From Centroscyllium fabricii (Eukaryota), in assembly GCA_051313645.2 (NCBI GenBank), contig JBNRSN020000024.1:87792001-87856000 (forward strand): a DNA stretch of 64,000 bases, read 5' to 3'. How positions within the stretch are numbered: the stretch's first letter is position 1; each line of letters opens with the position of its first letter. The notes under the pieces were generated by a model, which saw only the letters and a list, made by a program, of their open reading frames with translations, had not been told where the DNA came from and made no database searches. The position numbers and the translations under genes are program-made. Of this stretch, positions 48,090 to 59,801 are shown piece by piece.

Positions 48090-49665
48090 AAACCCTCGAT
48101 TAGACCCCAGCCTGTAACTCACTCCCGGGTATCTGTTATTCTATATATATACCCCCGAACCCCTCGATTAGATTCCAGCCTGTAACTCACTCCCGGGTAT
48201 CTGTTATTCTATATATAAACCCCCCGAACCCCTCGATTAGATTCCAGCCTGTAACTCACTCCCGGGTATCTGTTATTCTATATATAAACCCCCCGAACCC
48301 CTCGATTAGATTCCAGCCTGTAACTCACTCCCGGGTATCTGTTATTCTATATATAAACCACCCGAACCTCTCGATTAGATTCCAGCCTGTAACTCACTCC
48401 CGGGTATCTGTTATTCTATATATAAACCCCCGAACCCCTCGATTAGATTCCAGCCTGTAATTCACTCCCGGGTATCCGTTATTCTAGATATAAACCCCCT
48501 GAACCCCTCGATTAGATTCCAGCTTGTAACTCACTCCTGGGTATCCGTTATTCTAGATATAAACCCCCGAACCGCTCGATTAGATTCCAGCTTGTAACTC
48601 ACTCCCGGGTATCCGTTATTCTATATATAAACCCCCTGAACCCCTCGATTAGATTCCAGCCTGTAACTCATTCCCGGGTATCTGTTATTCCATATATAAA
48701 CCCCCCGAACCCCTCGATTAGATTCCAGCTTGTAACTCACTCCCGGGTATCTGTTATTCTATATATAAACCCCTCGAACCCCTCGATTAGATTCCAGCCT
48801 GTAACTCACTCCCGGGTATCTGTTATTCTATATATAAACCGCCCGAACCCCTCGATTAGATTCCCGCCTGTAGCTCGCTCCCGGGTATCCGTTATTCTTT
48901 TTATAAAACTCCCTGAACCCCTCGATTAGATTCCAGCCTGTAACTCACCCCCAAGTATCTGTTATTCTATATATAAACCCCCTGAACCCCTCGATTAGAT
49001 TCCAGCCTGTAACTCACCCCCAGGTATCCGTTATTCTATATATAAACCCCCTGAACCCCTCGATTAGATTCCAGTCGGTAACTCACCCCCAGGTATCCGT
49101 TATTCTATATATAAACCCCCTGAACCCCTCGATTAGATTCCAGCCTGTAACTCACTCCCGGGTATCTGTTATTCTATATATAAACCCCCCGAACCCCTCG
49201 ATTAGATTCCCGCCTGTAGCTCGCTCCCGGGTATCTGTTATTCTACATATAAACCCCCCTGAACCCCTCGATTAGATTCCAGCCTGTAGCTCGCTCCCGG
49301 CTATCTGTTATTCTATATATAAACCCCCCGAACCCCTCGATTAGATTCCCGCCTGTAGCTCGCTCCCGGGTATCCGTTATTGTATATATAAACCCCCCGA
49401 ACCCCTCGATTAGATTCCCGCCTGTAGCTCGCTCCCGGGTATCCGTTATTCTATATATAAACCCCCCGAACCCCTCGATTAGATTCCCGCCTGTAGCTCG
49501 CTCCCGGGTATCCGTTATTCTATATATAAACCCCCCGAACCCCTCGATTAGATTCCAGTCGGTAACTCACTCCCAGGTATCTGTTATTCTTAATATAAAC
49601 CCCTGAACCCCTCGATTAGATTCCAGCCCATGACTCACTCCCGGGTATCTGTTATTCTTAATGTA
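48090..49665. repeat. 69-bp tandem repeat, about 23 copies
   Basis: AACCCCTCGATTAGATTCCAGCCTGTAACTCACTCCCGGGTATCTGTTATTCTATATATAAACCCCCCG. Confidence 0.95.
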
Positions 49666-51333
49666 AACTGCTGCACAGTCGGAGATGCCGTCTTTCGGAT
49701 GAGATGTCAAACCAAATCCCCGCCTACTCTCGGGTGGACGTAAATGATGCCACGGCGCTATTTCGAGGAAGAGCAGGGGGAGTTCTCCTGGGGCCAATAT
49801 TTATCCGCCAGCCAACATCACTAAAAACAGATTATCTGGTCATTATCTCATTGCTGTTTGTGGGAGCTTGCTGTGAGCAGATTGGCTGACACGTTTCCTA
49901 CATTACAACAGTGAGCACACTTCAAAAAGTGCTTCATTGGCTGTAAAGTGCTCTGGGATGTCCTGAGGTTGTGAAAGGCTCTGGAGAAAGGCAAGTTCTT
50001 TCATTAAACGATGTACATTGGGTTTGAACTCTCATCTCAGGGGAATAAGACAATATGCTACACGTTCCATCACCTGTACTGAGAGGGATTCTGGTCTGTC
50101 TGTATTACCCAGTACTAGACTAGGCTGAACCAAAAACCCCTGTCCCATGAGGCAAGTGCATTAGCGAGCAGACCCTGGGTATGAACACTCAGTGTTGTTT
50201 CCTGGTTTTGAATTTCACACTGGTTTAACTTGTACCAGAGCAAGTGTCTCTGTTCCTGTTGACAAGCTTGTTTGTGTGTCTTTTTGGTCAGACTGACTCA
50301 AATTCTCCCAGTTTTAGAGAGGAAACTGCATCACCCCTTCGGCAGTTCACACGCACACACAGCACCGCCACTGTGCTGCCCCGCTCTGTTATCCCAAACA
50401 GTTTCCCACTGACCCGAGGCAACACTCGAGAAACAGAGGCTTCATTTTCTTTCAGAATCACACGTTCAGTCTCCTTCGTGCTTCTGCCGTCTCCCTCAAC
50501 AGCCTTCTCCTTTAAGACTCTCCATAACATCTACCTCTTTGACCAATAATATAAGAACATAAGAAGTAGGAGCAGGAGTCGGCCACTTGGCTCCACGAGC
50601 CCACTCCACCATTCAATGAGCTCATGGCTGATCTTGGGCTCAAAGCCACTTCCCCGCCCGCTCCTCATAACCCTTCACTCCCTTATCTTGTAAAAATCTG
50701 TCTATCTCCACTTTAAATGTATTTAATGACCCAGTCTCCACGTCTCACTGGGGCGGAGAATTCCACAGATTTATGACACTCTGAGAGAGGAAATTGCTCC
50801 TCATTTCAGTTTTACAAGTGTAACCCTTTATTCTGAAACTATGCCCCCGAGTTCTAGATTTCCCCACAAGGGGAAACATCCTCTCTGCATCTACCTTGTC
50901 GAGCCTCCTCAGTATCTTATATGTTTCAATAAGATCCCCTCTCATTCTTCTAAACTCCAATGAGTATCGGCCCAACCGGCTCAACCTTTCCTGATAAGTC
51001 AACCCCCTCATCTCTGGAATTAACCCAGTGAATCGTCTCTGAACTGCCTCCAATGCGAGTATATCCTTCCTTAAATAAGGAGACCAAAACTGTACGCAGT
51101 ACTCCAGGTGTGGTCTCAGCAATACCCTGTACAGTTGTAGCAGGACTTCCCTGCTTTTATACTCCAACCCCTTTGAAATAAAGGCCAACATTCCATTTGC
51201 CTTTTTGATTATTGCTGTTAGCTTTTTGTGTTTCGTGCACAAGGACCCCCAGGTCCCTCTGAACTGTAGCATTTTGTAATCTCTCTCCGTTTAAATAATA
51301 ATTCGCTTTTTTATTTTTCCTGCCAAAGTGGAT

Positions 51334-51576
51334 TGTAACCGTCAATAACGTCTTCGGAGTCGAATAGTAGGTTATAATAATCAGGCTTTTATTAACTACG
51401 TTAGAGATACTCAACCGAGCTGACTGTCCCCAGAATGGCGCGGGGGATGGGGAACAGTCCCTTATATACCTCCTCCAGCGGGGGAGGAGTCATGGGCGGC
51501 GCCAGGTCTGTCCCTGGGATCTCATACAGGTATTACACGGTATTACAGGTATTATAGTGATATACAGTTTATCACA
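51334..51576 (-). mobile_element. Gypsy-type solo LTR
   Basis: TG...CA; TSD TGGAT; GTTAATAAAAAGCC and ATTGACGGTTACA end on the minus strand. Confidence 0.8.
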
Positions 51577-52296
51577 TGGATAACCTCGCACTTTCCCACA
51601 TTATACTCCATCTGCCAAATGTATGCCCACTCACTTAGCCTGTCTATATCCCTTTGTAGATTTTTTGAGTCCTCTGCACAACGTGCTTTCCCACCCATCT
51701 TTGTATCATCTGCAAACTTGGCTACTTTACATTCGCTCCCTTCATCCAAATCAGTAATGCAGATTGTAAATAGTTGAGGCCCCAGCACCGATCCCTGTGG
51801 TACCCCACCAGTTACCATTTGCCAACTGGAAAATGACCCATTTATCCCGATTCTCTGCTTTCTGTTAGTTAGCCAATTCTTGATCCATGCTAATATATTA
51901 CCCCCAATCCCATGAGCTCTTATCTTGTGCAGTAACCTTTTATGTGGCACCTTATCGAATGCCTTCTGGAAATCCAAATACACCACATCCACTGGCTCAC
52001 CTTTGTCCACCCTGCTCGTTACATCCTCAAAGAACTCCAGCAAATTTGTTAAACACGATTTCCCTTTCATAAAACCATGCTGACTCTGCTTGACTGTATT
52101 ATGATTTTCCAAATGTCCTGCTACTGCTTCCTTAATGAAGCACTCCAGCATTTTCCCAACAACCGATGTTAGGCTAACTGGTCTATAATTTCCTACTTTC
52201 TGTCTCCCTCCTTTCTTGAATAGGGGAGTTACATTTGCAGTTTTCCAATCTGCTGGGACCTCTCCAGAGTCCAGGGAATTTTGTTATATTGCAACC

Positions 52297-52587
52297 TGAC
52301 GTATCGTCAATAATACAATAATACTAAAGACAAGTAGTTACCTTAACTATAGGCTTTTATTAGCTTTACAAAGGAGCTACGCTCCGGTCGAACATCAGGT
52401 ACAGAATGAATGGGGGCAGGTCAGACCCCACCTATAAGGCACTCACCTGAGGGGAGGAGTTAGAGGTGTGGCTGACCTGACCCTGCGACAGTGTCGTTAT
52501 ACAAAACTATATACAGTGCACCCAGCCGCTATACATGCTGGTTTATATTGTGCTTCACTATTACAGTGGTAAATAACGGTTACCACA
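52297..52587 (-). mobile_element. Gypsy-type solo LTR
   Basis: TGACGTATCGTCAAT...TTACCACA; TSD CAACC; similar to 24268-24555. Confidence 0.9.
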
Positions 52588-52697
52588 CAACCAATGCATC
52601 CACTATCTCTGATGTGGAGGTGCCGGTGTTGGACTGGGGTGGACAAATGCAAGAAGTCACACAACACCAGGTTATAGTCCAACAGTTTTATTTTAAA

Positions 52698-52736
52698 TCA
52701 CAAGCTTTCGGAGCTTCTGCCCCTTCGTCAGGTGAA
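52698..52736 (-). ncRNA. Minimal type I hammerhead ribozyme motif (mirror copy)
   Basis: Reverse complement of 52848-52887. Confidence 0.75.
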
Positions 52737-52847
52737 AGAGAGAGACTGACTTAAAGAACGCACATATGGGAGGAAGAGAGAAATGAGATGTGGGAGATCA
52801 GATTTCTCTCTTCCTCCCATATGTGCGTTCTTTAAGTCAGCTTCTCT

Positions 52848-52887
52848 TTCACCTGACGAAGGGGCAGAAGCTCCGAAAGCTTGTGAT
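52848..52887 (+). ncRNA. Minimal type I hammerhead ribozyme motif
   Basis: TCAC-CTGACGA-A-GGGGC-AGAA-GCTCC-GAAA-GCTT-GTGA: both conserved boxes, stem I TCAC/GTGA, 5-bp stem II, palindromic AGCT stem III. Confidence 0.75.
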
Positions 52888-52985
52888 TTAAAATAAAACT
52901 GTTGGACTCTAACCTGGTGTTGTGTGACTTCTTGCATTTGTCCATTATCTCTGCAGCCACTTATTTTAAGACCCTGGGATGCAGG

Positions 52986-55900
52986 TGTGGTAAACCACTG
53001 TATTACCACTGTACTGTATATACTGTGTGATAAGCTCACTGCATGTAACCTGTCTGGACATGCCCTCTGCTGGCCCCACCTGTGGCTCCTCCCCCAGACC
53101 CAGGTATAAAGGTGACTGTTCCCCAACCCCCCTTCAGTCTCGGACCAGTCACTCAGCAGAAAGGCATGCTTCCTTCTTAGTGAATAAAAGCCTATCTGTT
53201 CTTCGCATAGCTTCTAGTCTTTGGAGTTATTGATAGTGTATCAATTTTATTCACTAAATTTTGTACCATGAAGCAAATACTGAAACCCGCATTGCTCGAA
53301 CTGGATCCGCAATCGGCAGAAGCTTCGTACACCTTCGAACACTGGCTGAGCTGTTTTGAAGCTTTTCTCCAAGCATCCAGCACGACCGTCCGGACAGACG
53401 CCGAAAAACTACAGGACCTCAACTCCCGGGTAGGCCCTCGGGTGTACCTAATGATCAGAGACGCCACGTCCTACCCTGAAGCGATCAGGCTCTTAAAAGG
53501 CCAGTACACGAAGAAGATCAACACGGTCTACGCCAGGCACCTCCTGGCCACCCGCAAGCAACAACCCAGTGAGTCAAGTGACGAATACCTGCGGGTGCTG
53601 CGAATCCTTGGTCGGGCCTGTGACTGTACAGCGGTGACGGCCACAGTGCATACCGAAAGTCTGATCAGGGACGCCTATGTCGCCGGCATCAGGTCGGGCT
53701 ACATCCGACAAAGACTGTTGGAACAGGGTGGGCTCGACCTGCAAAAGACTTTTGAGCTCGCGGACTCGCTAGACGTGGCCCTCAGGAACATGGATGCCTA
53801 TTCCCCTGACCACGCGGCCGCCTCGTGGACATCGCGGGCGCCGCCATCTTGGGACTCGGGAAGGCCGCAGGCCTGCACCACGCCATTTCCGTCACGATCC
53901 ACCAGTGACCCGACGGCAGCGGCGATACCGGGCAGCCCGAAGTGCTACTTCTGCGGCCAGGCCAAGCACCTTAGACAACACTGCCCGGCAAAGGACGCGA
54001 TCTGCTCCAGGTGCGGTAAGAAGGGGCACAACGCCAAGGTGTGCAGAGCCAAACCGGCCCCCAAATTAAGCAGCGCCGCGTGGGGGGGCGCCATCTTGGG
54101 ACCAGGCGCCATCTTGGACACCGCCGGCCACGTGTGAGCCGCGCAGGCCGCCATCTTGGGACCAGGCCCCCGACTCCCCCACCGCCTCAACGGAGTACGA
54201 CTCATCGAACCCAACGCTGGCCTCCATCACCCTGGACCAATCCAGGCCTCATCAACTCGCCAGGTCTATGATGGCCATTAAGGTAAACGGCCGCGCAACG
54301 AACTGCCTATTCGACAGCGGGAGCACAGAGAGTTTCATCCACCCGGATACGGTGCAGCGCTACTCTCTGCCGCTATGGCCAGCAAGCCAAAAGATATCGA
54401 TGGCCTCAAAATCCCATACAGCGGATGTCTGCGGCTACTGCATAGCGACTCTGACGGTGCGGGGCACGGAATATAAAAACTTTAAACTCCTCGTGCTGCC
54501 ACAGCTCTGCGCTGCCGTGCTACTGGGGCTCGACTTCCAATGCCACCTCCAGAGCGTGACAATGGAGTACGGTGGGCCCTTTCCCCCTCTCTCTGTCTGC
54601 AGCCAGCAGGTTTTAAACCGCCCGCAGCACACCATCTGCAGCCTCTCGACCCTTAAAGTCACCCCTCCGCTGTTCACGAACCTCACCCCAGACTGTAAGC
54701 TGGTTACCACCAAGAGTAGGCGGTACAGTATCGGGGACAGGCACTTTTTTAAGTCTGAGGTACAGCGGCTCCTGAAGGAGGGGATCATCGAGGCTAGCAC
54801 CAGCCCCTGGAGAGCCCAAGTGGTGGTGGTCAAGACTGGTGAGAAGCACCGCATGGTCATTGACGACAGTCAGACCATTAATCGATATACGCAGCTGGAT
54901 GCGTAGCCCCTCCCCCGCGTATCTGACATGGTCAATCAGATTGCACAATATTGGTGGTTCTCCGCCATCGATTTGAAGTCTGCGTACCACCAGCTCCCTA
55001 TCCGCCCGGAGGACCGCCAATAAACTGCCATCGAGGCAGATGGCCGTCTCTATCATTTCCTTAGGGTCCCCTTCGGCGTCACTAATGGGGTCTCGGTCTT
55101 CCAGCGGGAGATGGACCGAATGGTTGACCAGAATGGGCTGCAGGCCACATTCCCGTATCTGGATAACGTCACCATCTGCGGCCATGACCAGCAGGATCAC
55201 GACGCCAACCTCCAGAAATTTCTCCACACCGCCAAACTCCTGAACCTGACAAAAAAGGAGAAGTGTGTATTCCGCACAACCTGCCTCGCCATCCTTGGTT
55301 GTGTCGTGGAGAATGGAGTCATCAGCCCCAACCCCGACCGCATGCGCCCCCTCCTGCAGCTCCCCTCCCTCACTGCCTCAAAGCCCTGAAATGATGCCTG
55401 GGCTTCTTTTCATACTACGCCCAGTGGGTCCCCAATTATGCGGACAAGGCCCGCCCCCCTCATCAAGTTCACCTCCTTTCCCCTGACGGCAGAGGCGCGC
55501 CTGGCTTTCAGCGGTATTAAGGCAGACATTGCCACGGCCGCGGTGCACGCCGTGGACGAATCCACCCCGTTCCAGGTGGAGAGCGATGCATCCGATTTTG
55601 CCCTGGCCGCTACCCTTAACCAGGGGGGCAGACCCATGGCCTTCTTTTCATGCACACTCCAGGGCCCCGAAATTCGACACTCCTCTGTTGAAAAGGAGGC
55701 CCAGGCCATTGTAGAAGCCGTACGACACTGGCAGCATTACCTGGCCGGCAGACGATTTACCCTGCTGACTGACCAACGCTCAGTCGCTTTCATGTTCAAC
55801 AATAAGCAGCGGGGCAAAATTAAGAATGACAAGATATTGAGGTGGAGAATCGAACTCTCCACCTACAACTACGATATCTTGTTCCAGCCCCGGAAGCTCA

Positions 55901-57376
55901 ATGAGCCCTCAGATGCCCTATCCCGCGGTACATGTGCCAGCGCACAAGTAGACCGACTGCGGGCCGTCCACGACGACCTCTGCTACCCGGGGGCACCAGG
56001 TTTTTCCACTTTATCAAGGCCCGCAACCTACCTTACTCCATCGAGGAGGTTAGGACCATGACCAAGAACTGCCAGATCTGTGCGGAGTGCAAACCGCACT
56101 TTTATCGGCCAGACAGAGCACTCCTGATAAAGACCACCCGCCCCTTTGAACGCCTGAGTGTCGATTTCAAAGGGCCCCGCCCCTCCTCTGACCGCAACGT
56201 GTACTTCCTCAATGTCATTGATGGGTACTCACATGTCCCCTTTGCCATCCCCTGCTCGGACATGACCTCCTCCACGGTCATTAAGGCCCTGCACAGCCTC
56301 TTCACCCTGTTTGGGTACCCCAGCTATATCCATAGTGACCGGGGGTCCTCTTTTATGAGTGATGAGCTGCGTCAGTATCTGCTCGCCAGGGGCATCGCCA
56401 CGAGCAGGACTACCAGCTACAACCCCCGGGGGAATGGACAGGGAGAGAGGGAGAACGCGACCGTCTGGAAGGCCGCCCTGCTAGCCCTGAAGTCTAGAGG
56501 CCTTCCAGTCTCCTGCTGGCAGAACGTCCTCCCCGACGCGCTCCACTCCATCAGATCGCTCCTCTGTACAGCTGCCAATGCTACCCCTCACAAGAAAATG
56601 TTCGTCTTCCCCAGGAAGTTTGCCTCAGGGACCTCGCTGCCGTCATGGTTGACATCCCCAGGACCCGTCCTACTCCGGAAGCACGTGAGGGGCCATAAGT
56701 CGGACCCCCTGGTCGAGAGGGTGCATCTCCTCCATGCCAACCCTCAGTACACCGATGTGGCGTTCCCTGATGGGCGGGAGGACACGGTCTCCATCAGAGA
56801 TCTGGCACCCTCCGGAGCCTCCGAGACTACCGCACCCCCCACCACCGCCCACGATGCACCAGTGCCACGGTATGTTCTCCCAGACCCTGTGGACAGCACG
56901 CCAATGCCCCGGGATCCGTCGCCACTCACCCGCCACCTCGACGCAGAAGAAGACGACATTCCGGTGCTCCAGACCACCCAGGACCGCTCAACACCGGAAC
57001 CCGCACCACAGCCGGCACGAAGACGGTCGCAGTGGCGGACCAGACCCCCCGACCGCCTCAACATATAGTGACTGTAATCCGCTTCACCCCGCCGGACTCT
57101 TTTTAAACAAGGGGTGAATGTGGTAAACCACTGTATTACCACTGTACTGTATATACTGTGTGATAAGCTCACTGCATGTAACCTGTCTGGACATGCCCTC
57201 TGCTGGCCCCGCCTGTGGCTCCTCCCCCGGACCCAGGTATAAAGGTGACTGTTCCCCAACCCCCCTCCAGTCTCGGACCAGTCACTCAGCAGAAAGGCAT
57301 GCTTCCTTCTTAGTGTATAAAAGCCTATCTGTTCTTCGCATAACTTCTAGTCTTTGGAGTAATTGATAGTGTGTCA
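52986..57376 (+). mobile_element. Full-length Gypsy/Ty3-type LTR retrotransposon B
   Basis: 258-bp LTRs 52986-53243 and 57119-57376 (7 substitutions by eye); TSD GCAGG; PPT AAGGGGTGAA. Confidence 0.95.
53268..57068 (+). pseudogene. gag-pol of Gypsy B, disrupted by stops and frameshifts
   Basis: gag 53268-54137, protease LFDSGS, RT YLDN, RNase H ESDASD, integrase 55932-57068; premature stops at 54904 and 55021. Confidence 0.9.
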
Positions 57377-57877
57377 GCAGGACTTGTCGTCTTTTAGTCC
57401 CATTATTTTACCAAGTACTATTTCCTTAGTGATAGTGATTGTCTTTCGTTCCCCCCTCCCTGTGGTCCCGTGATTATCCATTATTGGGATGTTGTTAGTG
57501 TCTTCTACCGTGAAGCCAGATACAAAATATTTGTTCAGAGTCTCTGCCATTTCCCTGTTCCCCATTATTAGTTCCCCAGTCTCATTCTCTAAGGGACCAA
57601 TGTTTACTTTAGCTTTTTATATACCTGTAGAAGCTCTTACTATCTGTTTTAATATTTCTTACCAGTTTACTCTCATAATTCATCTTCTCTCTCTTTATTA
57701 TTTTTTTAGTCATCCTTTGCTGGTTTTTAAAACTTTCCTAATCCTCTGGTCTCCCACCAATCTTGGCAACATTGTATGCCTTTGTTTTCAATTTGATACC
57801 ATCCTTTATTTCCTTCGTTAGCCACGGATGGTGCTCCCTTCTCTTAAAACCTTTCTTTCTCACTGAAATATATTTTT

Positions 57878-58389
57878 AGAAACATAGAAGATAGGAGCAG
57901 GAGTCGGCCATTCGGCCCTTCGAGCCTGCTCCGCCATTCAATGAGATCATGGCTGATCATCCAAACCCAGTACCCCGCCCCTGCCCTCTCCCCATATCCC
58001 TTGATCCCTTTAGCCTTAAGAAATATATCCAACTCCTTCTTGAATATATTTAATGAATTGGCCTCTACTGCACCCTGTCCCTGCCCTCTCCCCATATCCC
58101 TCGATCCCTATCGAGCCTGCACCGACACATATCCCACCCTATCCCCGTAACCCCACATATTCAATCACCCTAACACTAAGGGTCAATTTATCCTGGCCAA
58201 TCAACCTAACCCGCACATCTGGACTGTGGGAGGAAACCGGAGCACCCGGAGGAAACCCACGCAGACACGGGGAGAATGTGCAAACTCCACACAGATAGTA
58301 CCCGAGGCTGGATTTGAACCCGGGTCTCCAGAGCTGTGAGACAATAGTGCTAACCACTATGCCACCGTGCTAACCACTATGCCACCGTT
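57878..58389 (-). mobile_element. V-SINE joined to an extended CR1 3' end
   Basis: SINE head at 58300-58389 (partly duplicated), V-domain, then about 190 nt of CR1 3' end (AVEANSLNIFKKELD...). Confidence 0.8.
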
Positions 58390-59524
58390 GAGAATTATGA
58401 AATATCTCCTTAAATGTCCACTACTGCATTTCAATTGTCTTACCCTTTAATTTATTTTTCCAGTACTCTTTAGCCAGTTCTGCCCTCATGCCATTATAAT
58501 TGTCGTTGGGTCAAAACTCTGGAACTCCCTCCCTAACAGCACTGTGAGAGCACCTTCACACGGACTGTAGCGGTTCAGGAAGGCGGCTCACCACCACCTT
58601 CTCAAGGGCAATTAGGGATGGGCAATAAATGCCGGCCTTGCCAGTGATGCCCACATCCCGTAAATGAATAAAACAAAACCATAACTGAACTGAACCAAAC
58701 CAACCAAGAACACCTATCGGGTTACAAACTGGGGACCAGAGGCTCCAGGGTGTGTCTACCATAGGGGTGATCAGATTTCTGTCAACCCCAGGGCAGGACA
58801 TACAACAAGATATGGGCCCGATGTATGAAACATTCTGTATTTTCTGATTCTTGACTAGCTAGTACATTATTTCTGTTGCTAAACCCTTAATAAAGACACT
58901 TAATAATAATGACGACAGCATTGTCCCCCTTTGGATAGTTGACACTGTCTCTCCAGAGTCAACTGCGGGTTTGTGAGGTCCCTGGGATTATTGGCATCTG
59001 GTCCCTGGGTCGCTGAACAGAAAAGTTCAAATCCTTGTACATCTTGTGAATTTAAACACAGCCAACGTTGAGGGAAATGGTAACAGTGCAACAGCAACTT
59101 GCATTTATCTCGCACCTTCTCCGCAGAGAAACGTCGCAAAGGCTTTCACACAGTACCCAATAACAGCAAAGAATTCCAAGCCGAGATAATGCTTCCATAT
59201 ATTATATAACACGCCGTGTGTTACTGTTGTTTCGGATGACGGGAAAGATTTATAATGGGATGTCTAGCTTGGCTGGCCATTCGTTGGCCTCCTGAGATGC
59301 TGAGTGGGTAAATGAGCTGCTTCCTGCAACAGATCTTAGTGGGCATGCGTCCCACCATTCCGTCCATCTGGATCGTGGGTCGATACCAGCTGAATGAATA
59401 TTGGCTGCTGTTTCCTAGAATGGCTGGCGCGATTTTAGGCACCTTTGTGGTGGTTTTTTCAAGTCTTCATAATTGGCAAGGTGTGTAGTACTGGGTATAA
59501 TGCTCCAATTATATATAATGGCCC

Positions 59525-59801
59525 TGTTCCTGGGACTAGGGACAGGGTCACTGGCTAAGGCTTGGAAGCTAAGCAGAGCCAGGCCTGGTTAGTACTTGGA
59601 TGGGTGACCACCAGGGAATGCCAGGTGCAGAAGGTCACGAAAGGAGCCCCGGGGAGGGGCGGTTGGCTGAAGATTGTCGGAATGATGGAAAGATGGAATG
59701 GCGGCGCGCACAGACGCAGCGGCTTTGCTGGACTCTTGGGAGCTTGCAAGATCACATTTCGTTGTTCATAATGACAATAAAGTTGAATTATTATTATTAT
59801 T
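59525..59801 (+). mobile_element. 5S rRNA-derived SINE-like insert (SINE3 type)
   Basis: 59561-59634 matches the 3' two-thirds of vertebrate 5S rRNA (GGAAGCTAAGCAG...GCCTGGTTAGTACTTGGATGGG); ends AATGACAATAAA and (ATT)n. Confidence 0.65.

Larger units (their letters stand above)
52612..52945. mobile_element. Penelope-like palindromic element (inverted pLTR pair)
   Basis: Arms 52640-52784 and 52802-52944 are near-perfect reverse complements; flanking direct repeat TATCTCTG. Confidence 0.8.
50551..57877 (-). mobile_element. CR1 host element with nested insertions
   Basis: Collinear ORF2 pieces 57377-57877, 52946-52985, 52588-52611, 51577-52296 and 50745-51333; 3' end at 50551. Confidence 0.85.

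Noticed and set aside
59561-59634. Functional 5S rRNA gene
   Set aside because: The 5' part is missing, there are several substitutions and no oligo-T terminator follows; it sits inside a retroposon-like insert.
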